A stretch of DNA of 58,701 bases, the filler included, from Sphacelaria rigidula (taxonomy: Eukaryota): assembly GCA_964200075.2 (NCBI GenBank). It is 7 parts of 7 records of this genome, joined end to end, with 100 filler letters (N's around TTAATTAATTAA, not from the genome) between each part and the next. Parts side by side here need not be neighbours in the genome. Positions count along the whole stretch, not along the records: positions 33,604 to 41,903 come from CAXNAA020011607.1; positions 42,004 to 50,302 come from CAXNAA020011608.1; 5 more parts are not named here. One strand, written 5' to 3'. Below the pieces are notes generated by a model. It saw only the letters and a list, made by a program, of their open reading frames with translations, had not been told where the DNA came from and did not search any database. The translations under genes and the position numbers were made by a program. Positions 35,757 to 47,821 of the stretch are shown piece after piece (position 1 is the stretch's first letter; every line of letters starts with the position of its first letter).

Positions 35757-35887
35757 CTTGCATCGGATGTGTTGGTATTCTCAGCTTCCACGCTTTCCTC
35801 CACTGCCTGTGAAGCGCCTCCATAATTCGAACTACCAACCACTGCTGGTATCGGCCATCCTTTCAGCTGGCACACGTTGATTGCGGT
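35757..35887 (-). CDS. Putative exon TAINVCQLKGWPIPAVVGSSNYGGASQAVEESVEAENTNTSDA, possibly an upstream exon of the ZnF gene
   Basis: TGCAG acceptor, GTGAGT donor, open frame. No homology recognised. Confidence 0.35.
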
Positions 35888-36960
35888 CTGCAGCACACTA
35901 TTGACTGTAGGTGCAGATCGAGGGGTTTACCCTTCTTCATGTTATTTCCCTTCACATTAGATAGCAAAATGAGCTAGGCCCGCTGGTCATGGAGTACACA
36001 TGCGACCGTACGATGTACGTACGCATCTCTGTTAGCTATATGACTGCATACGTACACGTATCATACATCTCACACGGTAAAAAACAAACTCTATTCAACT
36101 GCTCAAGCTCTATCCACTGTTTCAAGCAATGCTGAAGAGCACCACACTCACAAGCTGTCCTGGTCGATGTCCAGCTTCGGCACGTGTTGTTGTTTGACCT
36201 TGCTTCAGTGTCCATACAATTATCAAATGTTATACAACTGTACACTATAATCAGGTTTTCGACTAGCACATTAAATTCAAGTAGTTGATAACCACACTAA
36301 GATCAAGTATTTTACAGCCAGACTAAGATCAAGTAGTCTTCTACTACACTAAATTCAAATAATTAGCACAGACCTGTGGCCCGGCGCCCAACCCCCCCGA
36401 TCCCTCTTTTTCTCGTTTTTTTCAGCGTTTTGGGGTTATCTTCGTTTTATTTTAATTTGATGTACCCCTGACACAACGCGAAAAACAGCGCTCGAATTGC
36501 ACTCGTGGTCGTCGAGATCGTCTCTGATTTAGGCGGCCTATCGATGAACTCTTCCCAACAAACCACCGTCCCCGACAAGAGCAAATGAACAGAAAAGTCG
36601 CAGACGGGACCGTGGAGGCAAGAAGGGAGGAGAGGTCTGAGCCGGAGTAATTTTTTCGGTCCCGTAAAAGTATATCCGTGTGTAATGCACTCCGAGAAGT
36701 TAGTAACAGAGAAGCGTTGCTGCTTGTATACCCATCCTCTCTGGGGACCCACGTAAGGGAGCGTGGTGTGTACTGGAACAGACAACACCATGGTGACTGT
36801 CTTGTTCTCTTCTCTTTCCTGGTCATGCAGAGTCCACCTTTACCGCCACATGTGGCCTGCCGGCTGTACATAATCTCTGCGCTGCCATGAAGATTCAGTG
36901 TTGTGTTCACATATACTGAATTGGCATGATTTGGCTCGAAATATTAACGGGACCCAGATT

Positions 36961-37830
36961 ACCCACCGTGAAGGCCCAACGGTTCACGTTCATAGCTGGG
37001 GGCAGGACGAGTTCACACTCTTCAATGGTTTTTTGCAATCTGGTCCATGGTGATACCCATAGTTAATGGGATCAGTGGGAAGGAACGCACGGAGGGAGAG
37101 AGAGAAGAAACTCTGCTGAACTGGACTGTGCTGCATTGCCCTGTATTGCACTATTGTGCCTTGTTCGGCTTTGCCCATCTCTCTATAACCACCTCCAGCG
37201 CGAGTCATCTGTTGTGTATTGGCATAACGTTGACTTGAAAGATGAGTGTAAAATACAGAATACCCACCGTGGAGGTCCAAGGGTTCAATTCCAGAGCTAG
37301 GGGCAGGACGAGTTCACGCTCTCGAAAGGGTTTTTGTAATCTGGTCCATGGTAATGGCCATAGATAATGGGAACAATGGGAAGGAACGCAGGGGGCGGCG
37401 GGAGAGAAGACAACACTTTCCTGAACTGTACTGTTCTACATCGTGCTGCATTGTCCTGTGCTGTACTGGGCCTTGTTCGGCTTTGTCTATTCATATACGA
37501 TCGCCTTCAGGAAGAGTAATCTGTTTTTCATTGGCATAGTTTTGACTGGAAAGATGAATGCAAGACTCGGCTGACCCGCCGCAGAGGCTCCCAGATTCAA
37601 CGCTTTTCAAAGATTTCGTGTAAGCTGATCATTTATAGTGTCCATCGAAGAAGGGAAGGAAATCAGCGAGGGGGGAATGAGACAACACTGCACTGTGCTG
37701 TCTGTACCACACAGCTTTCGTACTGCATTAAACTGCTGTTGTTCTCTCTGTTTTAATTTGTCCTTGCCTGTAGTCATCCCCAAAGTCGGTATCTGCATCG
37801 GAATAATCTTTACTTGCCAAATGATTCATC
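36961..37830 (+). repeat. ~300-bp tandem repeat, two good copies plus one diverged
   Basis: ACCCACCGTG(A/G)AGG starts at 36961 and 37262, with a diverged start at ~37574. Shared GGGCAGGACGAGTTCAC, TCTGGTCCATGGT and GGGAAGGAACGCA. Confidence 0.85.
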
Positions 37831-38402
37831 AGTACGCCCATGAGCAATGCACCTGCGGCAGAGTGCGTGATCTGCGCAGAAGGCCTTCCAGGGTTCTCTT
37901 GGAATCGACCGGACGGACCCCTTGATTGTGACTGGCTTGCTTGAGTTGTCCATCAGGAAGAGCCAGGACACGTTTGGGGGGAATTTCCTCTATGTTTTGT
38001 GAGCGATTCGCACCCTTGACAGTATGGACTGTCTGTTGATCATGTCAAATCTGTCGCACAGTGCGGGGATGCGCTGACCCTCGAGCAATGACATGGTAAG
38101 GGTGAACATTCGTTTCTGAAGCTCTTGGCTCTAGGAGCCTCTCGATGACAGGTATTTGGGACTTAGTGTGCAGCCTCAGGAAACCTTCGGACTGAAAAGT
38201 GCACCCCTACCAGTGGCATCACTTCCTCGAAAACGGCACATTTACAACTCGGACAGAAGTACGGATGCCGTCTCACTTACGATCTGTGCAGATTGTCAAC
38301 GTTGTGGCGTAAGCATTGCAAACGATCAGCGAGTTCGATGGTTGTCCTCGTGTTTGCCCAATCAGTAAACCAGGTCGGACGGTTTTCCTCCTTTCTATAA
38401 TG

Positions 38403-38703
38403 AACAATGTTCCCGTGAGATTGATCGTAGATGATACGATCGAGGGTGAAAACCGGTCAGCCAGTGACCTCATCGTTTCAGTCCCGAAATGCCCAACCCC
38501 CGAGGCCTGGTATGCTTTCTGCAGTAGCTTGCCACTGAGACTCTTGATATCCCTGAGTAAGATATCGACGTGTAGCTGTAGGACACGCAAGTAATGGAAG
38601 CAAAGAGAAGCACACACGGAATGAAAAAATGGCTGATTTTAAATGAATAATCGAAGCCACTCTCAATCAGCGCTCTACTCTCAATCTCACGAAAACCGTT
38701 GTT
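38403..38703. mobile_element. ~300-bp AACA-ended MITE (opposite orientation to 9262-9558)
   Basis: TIRs AACAATGTTCCCGTGAGATTGA versus AACAACGGTTTTCGTGAGATTGA. Flanks are AATG and AATA. Confidence 0.8.
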
Positions 38704-39454
38704 AATAGTCGTGACGACGTGGGCCCGATTCATTGACTTCTCAATTTACTGGTGGGACTCCAGCTGAGCTCGTCAACGTTGCCTTAAATGAACCTGTTCT
38801 TTGCACGTCCTCCTTACACAAGTGAATACAGCAGAAGCCCGTTGTACCTTGTGTGTTGGTGTCACCACCATGTGTTTTCGGCACCAGTAGCACCAATAGT
38901 TGATCTATGTTGGCGTGTTTCCCCTCTTTGCTGTTTAATTATTGTCGTTTCTTGTTTTTAATTTAAATTTGTTTCATTTAGCCCGCTCTTTTTTTTACCT
39001 TCGCTTCTGTTTCTTGTTCATCGAGATTTCTCCCCTAACCCTTCTGGTACTGGCAATCGAAAAGTGTGGATTTTGAGGTACTGTTTTGTGAACGACTTGT
39101 GGTTGAGTATTTTCAGCTTTCACGCAAAACTGTTAGCCCGCGGCGTGTTTTTCAGAGCCGTATTGAAATGCGCCCGAGTGCCGCACGGGTGCCGAGTTTT
39201 GTTTGTATAGACTTCACGCATGCAATAGCTGATTTTGGGTATGTACACAACCTCAAACAAACTTGACCCGTTGCGTCCCTCACCAGGGTGACACTTATGG
39301 TGCGCGCATGGCGTATTGTGGTTTATTCTTTCTGTGGCCTTCCACCGTGGAAGTGGTCGCTACCGAATTCTTCTGTTCCCATATTATCTCCTGTGTCTAG
39401 GCTTGAAATAATACGGCGCCTGGCCCAGGAATGGAAGGAGAGGGTTCCCAAAGG

Positions 39455-39724
39455 GAGCCATGCTACGATACGAGGGGGGCAAGGGGGGAAGGGGGGGGGC
39501 TCTACAAAAAAACGTGCCCATAAATGCGTCGAACGACCTAAAGCACTCGCGGTGCGCTTGTATTCGGGTAAATGGGGTGTGAAGCAGCAGGAATGAGCGA
39601 TATTTTGCGGGAGCAAGCCCGTTCGAACAACTGTTGGCTGTTTTCAACGACAACTGAAGTGGAATTTCGTGGAACAAAACGGTCCAAAGCACCCCCCCCC
39701 CCCCCCCCTATCGTAGCATGACTC
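39455..39724. mobile_element. 270-bp MITE with GAG...CTC ends (Sola2-like signature)
   Basis: TIR GAGCCATGCTACGATA versus GAGTCATGCTACGATA, each followed inward by a G-run. Flanks AAGG and AAGC match at 3/4. Confidence 0.65.
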
Positions 39725-39867
39725 AAGCGTTGATAGCTAGTTTTCCGCTTTTGATGTCCTTGGGTGCGTCCATCTTGTGATCACGGCTGAATTCTTCGGG
39801 GACAAGTTCAATTGCAACCATCCATTAACTAGAAGTGACGGCTTGACGCAGACTCGTCCCCATCTTC

Positions 39868-40187
39868 TGTTACAAAAGTGTCGCGATGACCCCTTTGACG
39901 TGATCGCTAGAGTTGGCGCAATGGCACTTAAGCCAAGCAAGCAGACAAACTGCTTTGGAGTATAGACAGAAGATTATGTTCAAGGTGCCTCTTGCGGGCA
40001 AGACAGTCCAGACAACCCACCGTGTTGAACGGTCAACCGAGGAGAGTGATTCACGTATCACAACTGCTATCCCCATCAGACCAAACCTTCGTGACCGGTA
40101 CCTGCGATCCCAACATTACATATATATATAAAGTCGATACCATACAAAGCGTTGAGGAGCATGGCTCCACAGCTTTATTTTCTAACA
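39868..40187 (-). mobile_element. 3' LTR of the Copia element
   Basis: Polypurine tract GAGGGGGAG immediately before TGTTAG at 40187 on the minus strand. Candidate end GTAACA at 39868 gives TGTTA/TAACA termini. The distal boundary is uncertain. Confidence 0.65.
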
Positions 40188-40330
40188 CTCCCCCTCAACG
40201 CAAGTATAACTCTTGACCCTTCACACTCCCCCTTAATGCAAATACGTACTAGTTTCAAACACCCACATCAGTAGAACCGTCCCGGCACTCAAGGACGAAA
40301 GAAGAATTCAAATCTACAACCAGGCTGTGC

Positions 40331-41400
40331 TCATATTTTGAATGTGCTGATCAGCTTGACGAGATGGCGCAGCCTGTGTTTGCTGAGGTACTTGGTCCCT
40401 ATGTCTGCGAGTTGGTCTTCGGTCTTGACGTAACGAATGTCGATCCTTCCCTCCTTGACTAATTCCTGAATAAAGAAGTGCAATAGAGCTGCGTGCTTGA
40501 CTCTCGAGTTGTAAGTTCGGTTCCCTGCAACGTGGATAGTTGAAGTGTTGTCGATGTAGACCGGAACGGAGTCGAAGCATGTGCCAAATCCCATCTCCCG
40601 CATCATATTAGAGCAAAATATGCCTTCCTTCATGGTGAGTGCAGCGGCCACGAGTTCTGCTTCTATCGTCGATTACGCCATTATTCCTTGTAGTCCTACC
40701 TTAAAACTGACGTAGCCATTCGAGCGAAAGAGAAGATATGATGATTTTGATTTTCCGTTGTCGGGGTTGTTACCCCATTTCGCCTCTGAAAAAGCCGTCA
40801 ATCGGAAACCACCCTGGTTGTTGGCGATGTCATGGTCCGTAATGCCGGCCAAATATCGAAGTAAGTGTTTTTCAGCTGCCACATGCGCCTTCGACGGTTT
40901 GGACATCGCCCGTGCCAGTTGATTCACGCCGTATCCAATGTCGTAGCGGGTCACTCGAGCGAGATACATCACACTGCCTGTGATGGGCTGGAAGCGCTGT
41001 TTGTCCTCCTCGTTGAGTATTTTGTCTCTCGGCTGGTCCAGTGACAGTGCTTGTCCCGTCCCAGGAGTGCACGCCGGGTTGTTCGCTATCTCGTATCGTT
41101 CCTGGAGGGACTTGTTGTAATTTGCGTGGCTGGTGTTGACTATCTTGCTATTACGGTCACGAATAGCCTCCATTCCCAGCACTAACGATACATCTCCCAT
41201 TCCCGCCATAAAAAAATGTCCCATTAGTTTATGTTTGATTCTTTCCAGCACCTTGTTGTCAGTCTGCCACCGCTCCAGGTTGTACCCCCAAACTATTACC
41301 GACACCATGCGAATACGCTGAATCCTGCAGATCGGAATAACTGACGCAACCGAAACCGGGAAATTGTTTCCAGCCCAGCAATCCGACTCGAGCCTTGTAG
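40331..41400 (-). mobile_element. Decayed Ty1/Copia pol: RT (internally deleted) and RNase H
   Basis: YKARVGLLGWKQFPG (RT start), DMGDVSLVLGME-like segment, GSVMYLARVTRYDI, then RNase H STIEAELVAA...VYIDNTS...RVKH...EDQLADIGTK. In-frame stop at 40673-75. YVDD region absent. Confidence 0.93.
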
Positions 41401-41578
41401 CAGCAGCAGCAGCAGCAGCAGCAGCCGCGGTAGCAGCAGCAGTAGTAGTAGTCGTAGTTGTTGTTGTTAAAGATTATAGTGATGTTGATGTTGATGTTGT
41501 TGTTGATGGTGTTGTTGTTGTTGTCGTTGTTGTTGTCGTTGTTACTGTTGCTGTTGTTGTTGTTGTTGTTACTGTTGC

Positions 41579-41636
<58 letters not shown>
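41399..41636 (+). repeat. Compound (CAG)n/(TAG)n/(TTG)n microsatellite within the Copia element
   Basis: Direct reading. Confidence 0.95.
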
Positions 41637-41637
<1 letters not shown>

Positions 41638-41903
41638 CCTGTAGTTGCGGGTTGCCATGCGTACATATTTCACCATGAAGTGAATGTCGATGATAATGGG
41701 TTAGCGATGGTCCTGCGAACCGTGTCACCGTGTGTTCGTCAAATCCGTCCTGTGGGTGTGTCACGAGTTGCTCCGGCAGTGTACCATCCTGCGGAGGACC
41801 ATCGTGCTGAAGCGTCCCTCCACGAGTCGGGGTACCGTCGTGCACATTTCGCCTGGTGATGACGCCGATTCTCCCTAGAAGCTCGCTCCCTTGTGAATGT
41901 TTA

Positions 41904-42003
41904 NNNNNNNNNNNNNNNNNNNNNNNNNNNNNNNNNNNNNNNNNNNNTTAATTAATTAANNNNNNNNNNNNNNNNNNNNNNNNNNNNNNNNNNNNNNNNN
42001 NNN
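41904..42003. other. Artificial contig linker
   Basis: Same spacer. Confidence 0.98.
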
Positions 42004-42048
42004 CCTACCGATACCGGTCCAATCTGGTATTTTAAAATGTCATACCTA

Positions 42049-43271
42049 CAAGGGTAGGTCGAGTAGAGTATATACTTTTGAGTACTCGAGTATTTACTCT
42101 ACCCGACGGTTGAGTAGGTCGAGTACGACCTCAAATACTCTACTCAATTTTCGAGTAGGTCGAGTACGGCCTTCAATACTCTACTCAAATTTCGAGTAGA
42201 TCGAGTACGACCTCAAATACTCTACTCAAATTTCGAGTAAGCAATCTCAGTAATACTTGAGTATGACCTTAATACTCAAATTTTAAGTAGATCGAGTACG
42301 ACCTCAAATGCTCTACTCAAATGTTGAGTGAGGACTCTCAGTAATACTTGAGCATAGAGTATCACTTGAGTATGCCCTCAATCCTCTACCCAAATTTTGA
42401 GTACGTCGAGTACGGCCTTAAATACTGTACTCAAATTTTGAGTAGGTTGAGTACGGTCTCAAATACTCTACTCAAATTTTGACTAGATCGAGTACGACCT
42501 CGAATGCTCTTTTCAAATATTGAGTCAGGACTCTCAGCAATACTTGAGTATAGAGTACCCCTTGGGTACGGTGAGTATCCCCGACAGTCGGTGACTTCGT
42601 GACGTCACTTCACAGACTATGTTGACTACACGGGCGAACGATGGCCATCAAGTAGATGGGCGGCGTTACGTCACAGCCAACAAGGAGTATGGGCGAATGA
42701 TGGCCATAAAAAATCAAAATGCGCGTATGGCCCTTCAACAATAACCCAACATTCCTTCTACCCTAGTCTTGTAGCATTTGGTTTTGATCCGAGTGTCTGC
42801 TGAAGTTTGACCTTGAATCAACACTGATCATGGGTGGGCAACTCTAGGAATACCTCGGTATCTCCTCTACCCGTGTTCGAGTATCGTGCGTAAGAACTTG
42901 ATTATTGAAGTTGAAGTTATAGATTTTCGGTACATCGAATCCGGCCTGAGATACTCGACTCAATTTTTGAGTAGGTCTATTACGGCCTCCGATACTCAAC
43001 TCAATTTTTGAGTAGGTCGAGTAGGGCCTCCAATACTCTACTCAAATTTCGAGTAAGCAATCTCAGTAATACTTGAGTATAGAGTATCACTTGAGTATGA
43101 CCTCGATACTCTGCTCAAATTTTGAGTACGTCGAGTACGGCCTCAAATACTCTACTCAAATTTCGAGTACGTTGAGTACAACCTCCAATACTCTACTCAA
43201 ATTTTGAGTACTAAAAGTATGACTCTTCACAAATACTGAGTATCGAGTATACTCTCCTCGACCAACCCTTC
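42049..43271. mobile_element. hAT-like non-autonomous element with 8-bp TSD and internal 41-bp minisatellite
   Basis: TIR CAAGGGTAGGTCGAGTAGAGTATA versus GAAGGGTTGGTCGAGGAGAGTATA. TSD CATACCTA at 42041-48 and 43272-79. Unit GAGTAGGTCGAGTACGACCTCAAATACTCTACTCAAATTTC at 42112, 42153 and 42194. Confidence 0.88.
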
Positions 43272-44000
43272 CATACCTACGATACCTACGATACCACGTT
43301 ATTTCGAAACTTCAATACCTACCATACCCGCCCAATTCGGTATTTTCAAAACTCATACCTACGATACCTACGATACCAGGGTGTTTCGAGATTTCAATAC
43401 CTACCGTACCCGCCCAATTCGGTATTCTCGAGACTCGTACCTACGATACCTACGCATACCACGGTATGGGATACCGCGGTAAATGCCGGGGGTAACGCTC
43501 GGTACGGTACCTTACCTACGGTGCCTGTGAAAAGTTCGACTATCCAACTTGCAACCAGATCTGAAACGCTTCGCACTGCCAGATGACAGTTTTGAATTCG
43601 GTGTAGAGGGTAAGGCAGGTACCCGGTACCTGTATTCGGGACATATCATACCCTACCGATACCGACCCAATCCGGTATTTTCGAAACTCATACCTACGAT
43701 ACCTACGATACCACGGTATTTCGAAATTTCAATACTTACCGTACCTGCCAAATCCGTTTTTTTTCATATATCACCTACGATACCTACGATACCACGGTAT
43801 TTCGAGATTTCAGTACCTACCGTACCCGCTCAATCCGGTATTTTGGAATGCCATATGCCTACGATACCGACGATACCAGGGTATTTCGAGATTTCAGTAC
43901 CTACCGTACCCGCCCAATCCAGTATTGTCAAAACTCAAACCTACGATACCTACGCATACCACGGTATACGCTCGGTGCGGTACCTCACCTATGATGCCTG
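43272..44000 (+). repeat. Two copies of a GATACC-rich element with 82-bp (42+40) tandem units; the first copy hosts the hAT insertion and begins at 42004
   Basis: CATACCTACGATACCTACGATACC at 43272, 43354, 43689, etc. Both copies end in CGGTACCT(T/C)ACCTA..TGCCTGTG (43527, 44000). Confidence 0.85.
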
Positions 44001-45030
44001 TGGAGCCTTTCAAGGATATTTTTGAGGTCGCTCCGAAATTTCTCACGAAGGAGTTGCGTAAATTGCGCGTGACTCGTGCCGTTGCTGCTCGCATTACGCG
44101 TGAGTTTGGTAGTCAGTTGTGACTTGCTCATCGTTTTGGCGTTTTTTATGTATGAAGCTTGTTGATCGATTTTCGTCCAATGCGTCTTGGGGGTGCCATG
44201 ACGAAATTACGCCGTTACGTTGAGTTGATAGTGGTGATCTGAATAATGACCAGGGACACGGGAACGATACCCTGACGGGTCTATGAGGCTGTGCATGTAA
44301 GGGTACTCCGGACAATGAAATGTTGTAAAGGCTGACAAACTGAAACTGAGGCCAGTGACACTGGGGAGTGCCTCAAACAGCAGTGATCCAGCAGTTCTTC
44401 TTATGGCTGGCGTCACAGACCTAAAAAGTCACAATTGATTTCGTTTTCTTTCATTTTCCTCATCATCCGACTGACCAGCTGTCGACCTACTACATACATA
44501 CGCTATTGTCGAAAGACGGAAACCTGCAGAACCACGGGGTACCAACGAAGCACACGAGACGAAAATAATGAGCAGAACCTACGGTAGTCCCGTAGTGACA
44601 GGCCCAGGGCAAACCCGTTCTTCATCTGCTATTATCGTATACTATACTACCACAGGGGATACTGTATACCACAGAGAAAAAATAGGGGGGCTTCGTTTTT
44701 TTGTTCGTGATTTATAGACGTTCTCGTGAAAAAATGGTCCTGACTACACTGGAACGTCCATAGGTCACATCTTGTGTGTAAAATAATATTATTTTGTACA
44801 TGTATAGCTCTCTCTATATATATATTGTTGAAAGGTGCCTTTTTGGCTGTAGTCCTCCGTCGTTTTCGCCCGAAAAGTAGAGTACAGGGTTTTTAGTCGG
44901 GCGGATGTTGACACCTCGGAATAACTCGCTCTCCTCGTTCAGATCGTTCCAGGGCACCGTTCTGTCACCCGTAGGTCACGGTCTTATTTTCGGCCAAACT
45001 TTGCATACTCAATACCAACCCGAAGTCTTC

Positions 45031-45085
45031 CCCCTAAACTTAACCCTAGCCCCGAACCCTAGCCCCTAACCCCAACCCTAAACCC
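45031..45085 (+). repeat. Degenerate telomere-like CCCTAA tract
   Basis: CCCCTAAACTTAACCCTAGCCCCGAACCCTAGCCCCTAACCCCAACCCTAAACCC. Confidence 0.6.
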
Positions 45086-45310
45086 GCTCTTCATGGGCGA
45101 AGAGCGACGGAGAACGACCAAAAAGGCTTTTGAAAAATATACATCACCATGTTTCTACTTTTTCCTTCTTATTACGATGCCCTAGCGACTCTCCACACAA
45201 ATTTCACAGCGTAAGTACCAAAACGGGACTGGTAAATGCCCTGCAGATGCTGTTCCCAATCCAGACCTGCCCAAGCTCTCAAATCACCGATTCTCACCTC
45301 GTTTTTGTTC

Positions 45311-45404
45311 GAGAGTGGAACTTTCAAATTTGATGCGGAGAATCCTCGGGAGTGATTCTACGGTAAGGGTGCTGCTTCATACCAAATTTGAAAGTCCAAC
45401 TCTC
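45311..45404. repeat. Short inverted repeat (MITE-like)
   Basis: GAGAGTGGAACTTTCAAATTTG / CAAATTTGAAAGTCCAACTCTC. Confidence 0.65.
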
Positions 45405-47290
45405 AAAACTGGGGTTAGGGAGAGCCTCCAACCCACAAAACCGCTCCTAAAGTGATCCAGCTCGCATCGCTGCCGGTGAACCTAGCCAAATGTGTAGCCT
45501 ACCGCTTGATACCAGCGTCTTTGTCAACACGTGTTTCGTCGACAGTTTGGGGTGGTAAATTAAATGAATATATTGTAAAGTAAACAACGACTTTGTATGC
45601 GATACAATATCGGTGTATTGCACAGTAGTGATTTTCCCGATAGCATTAGATTGTGTAGGCTCGACATCGTGCAGCTTCTCCACGTAGTCTTCTCCCAGTA
45701 AAAGCGTCTACGCGTTTCAAACTTTCGGTCTTTGTGTGGGACAAGGCAACACTGAGCACGAGGCACAGGTGTATTGCTACGGGATAGATTTTTGCCGTTC
45801 CACCAAGCACGTGGAAATGCTCAACGTTGTCCTGGTAACTTTGCACCTTTCACTACGCTGACTATATTCTAGGAGGGGGGGCACCGGAAATCGTGAACCA
45901 GGACCAAACGGCATTTCCACTGTGGTCGCAATCTGACGGCCCTCTCCTCTCACAAGACCGACGGCGTTGTCTAGCACTGCCGGAGCTGTCGATGGGAAGG
46001 TAGATCGGTCTCTAGATTGCAAACCCAGCAACTACACATGAGCATCAACCCGGAGAAACGTTGTTTGCGCCGTCCGTAGTGTTGGTTTCACGTGTGGAAC
46101 TGGCCCGTCGCTGGGATACGAGAACCCGCTCTTCCCTGGATAGACGAGATCGACGCACGACGTGTACACATCGAAGGAGACGGCGAACTGACTCTGTTGA
46201 AAATATGAGTCCAAAAAGGCGAGGGGTAGATCGTTTCTCAGCAACAGGTACAGTCCGCCTGCTGTTGCCGTTGCTACTAATGCGGGCGCATCGAACACGA
46301 GGCGCATCCGCTGCTGCTACTGCTGCTTTGGAGCTGGTGGGTGGTGGGTTTGGGCAGGATTCAACCGAAGACGCATCGCTGTTGCAACATATACCGTTGA
46401 CCTCGGGAAATTTAGGAGGTGGAGGACCGCAGTCAATGCCACGAGGGCGACGGATATCGAGGGTTCTGCAGACTGAGGAGACCTGCTCACCGCTTACGGA
46501 GGAGTTGCAGGCTGTGAGTTCGGGCGGGAGGTCACGGGGGATTGTTGCTGTAAGCTTTGGTGGGTGTGCTGATCGGGTTATTGGGGATGTCAGCAATTGG
46601 GGATGTCAGCTCGTGCCGGTCCGTCATTCGATGTTGCAGTTTGCGATGTAGAACCACTACTTGCGTAGGCTCCGCACTCTTGCACACCACAGGCGCCGTG
46701 CGATTTGTTCTGCGTGCAATACTCTGTTGTAGTGTGCTCAACTGTTTACGGTACTGCACTGAACTGTACTGCACCCACTGTACAGCAACTGCTACTCGCT
46801 CGTGTGGCGTATGAATTGTAAAGCGATGCCATGTGCCCGGAGCAAATTCAAACACAAACCGCAGTACAGTACCCGTACGCCGCAGTTCTGACTTCTCGTG
46901 CGGCCCCGGCCGTGTGTTTTGGCTGTCATCTTCCCACCTTTCTTATCGCCTCATGTTTTGCACGTATGTCATCTGATAATTGTAAGTCTCTGTCCTTGTA
47001 TCACCCATTGTTTCAAGGACTTATTGGGTCCTCTACGGCCGAACTGCAGTTTACTACTGTACAAGTACGGTGGTAGTGCCATGTGGTTTGTCTTTGTGGG
47101 GCAGTCTAGCCGCAGGGGTACGGGTGTTTTTATCTTCGTGCGGGATCCGAAAGACAGGACCCAACGAGAGCAGAGGACGAACGTTTTATCCATATTTGGG
47201 ACTTGGTGTTGTCTGCACCACAGTCAGTTCTTTCGTCTTGTCCACTATTTGTTTCGCTGTGCTGCCGTGCACTCTTGTACTATCTGTGTT

Positions 47291-47327
47291 GTACTGTACT
47301 GTACTGTACCCTACTGTACTGTACTGT
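47291..47327 (+). repeat. (GTACT)n pentanucleotide repeat
   Basis: Direct reading. Confidence 0.85.
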
Positions 47328-47708
47328 TTCAAAATCTTCACAATTTTTTAACGCTCTCAGCAGGGGTTGTTCATCTGCTGCATAGACCGTCTGTATACTT
47401 CCCGAATAAAGCAAATATGACAGTAGTAAGGCATTCATCTGCCTGCCTTCACAGGAGTGAACGAACCCTGTTGCACAACTCGACGTGTACTCACGGAAGC
47501 TGCTTGGAACCCCGTATAGAAGAGCTGTGGTGCTGGCGTAGCGGAATATCTATCCTCCCCTTGTAGATTTTCAAACGCTTTCCTGGAGTCTCGGTACGTT
47601 CACACGTGTACCAGTTGTCAACCATCGTGGTCTGGCACTCATTGATCGAGTATATTGAATTCACCTCATGAACAGACCTGAGGGCGCTTCACGAGAACGG
47701 TTCTTCCC

Positions 47709-47821
47709 CCCTGCAGCATGGGGACAGGTACCTCCACTCTAGGTGAGGTAGAATAACATCACACGACCCTGCAGCACGGAGGCAGGTACCCTCATTCTAG
47801 GTGAAGTAGAAAAACATCACA
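47709..47821 (+). repeat. ~58-bp tandem duplication
   Basis: CCCTGCAGCA..GG..CAGGTACC...CA.TCTAGGTGA.GTAGAA.AACATCACA occurs twice. Confidence 0.85.

Noticed and set aside
41259..41859. Poly-N, poly-V, poly-L and poly-T ORFs
   Set aside because: Translations of a trinucleotide microsatellite.
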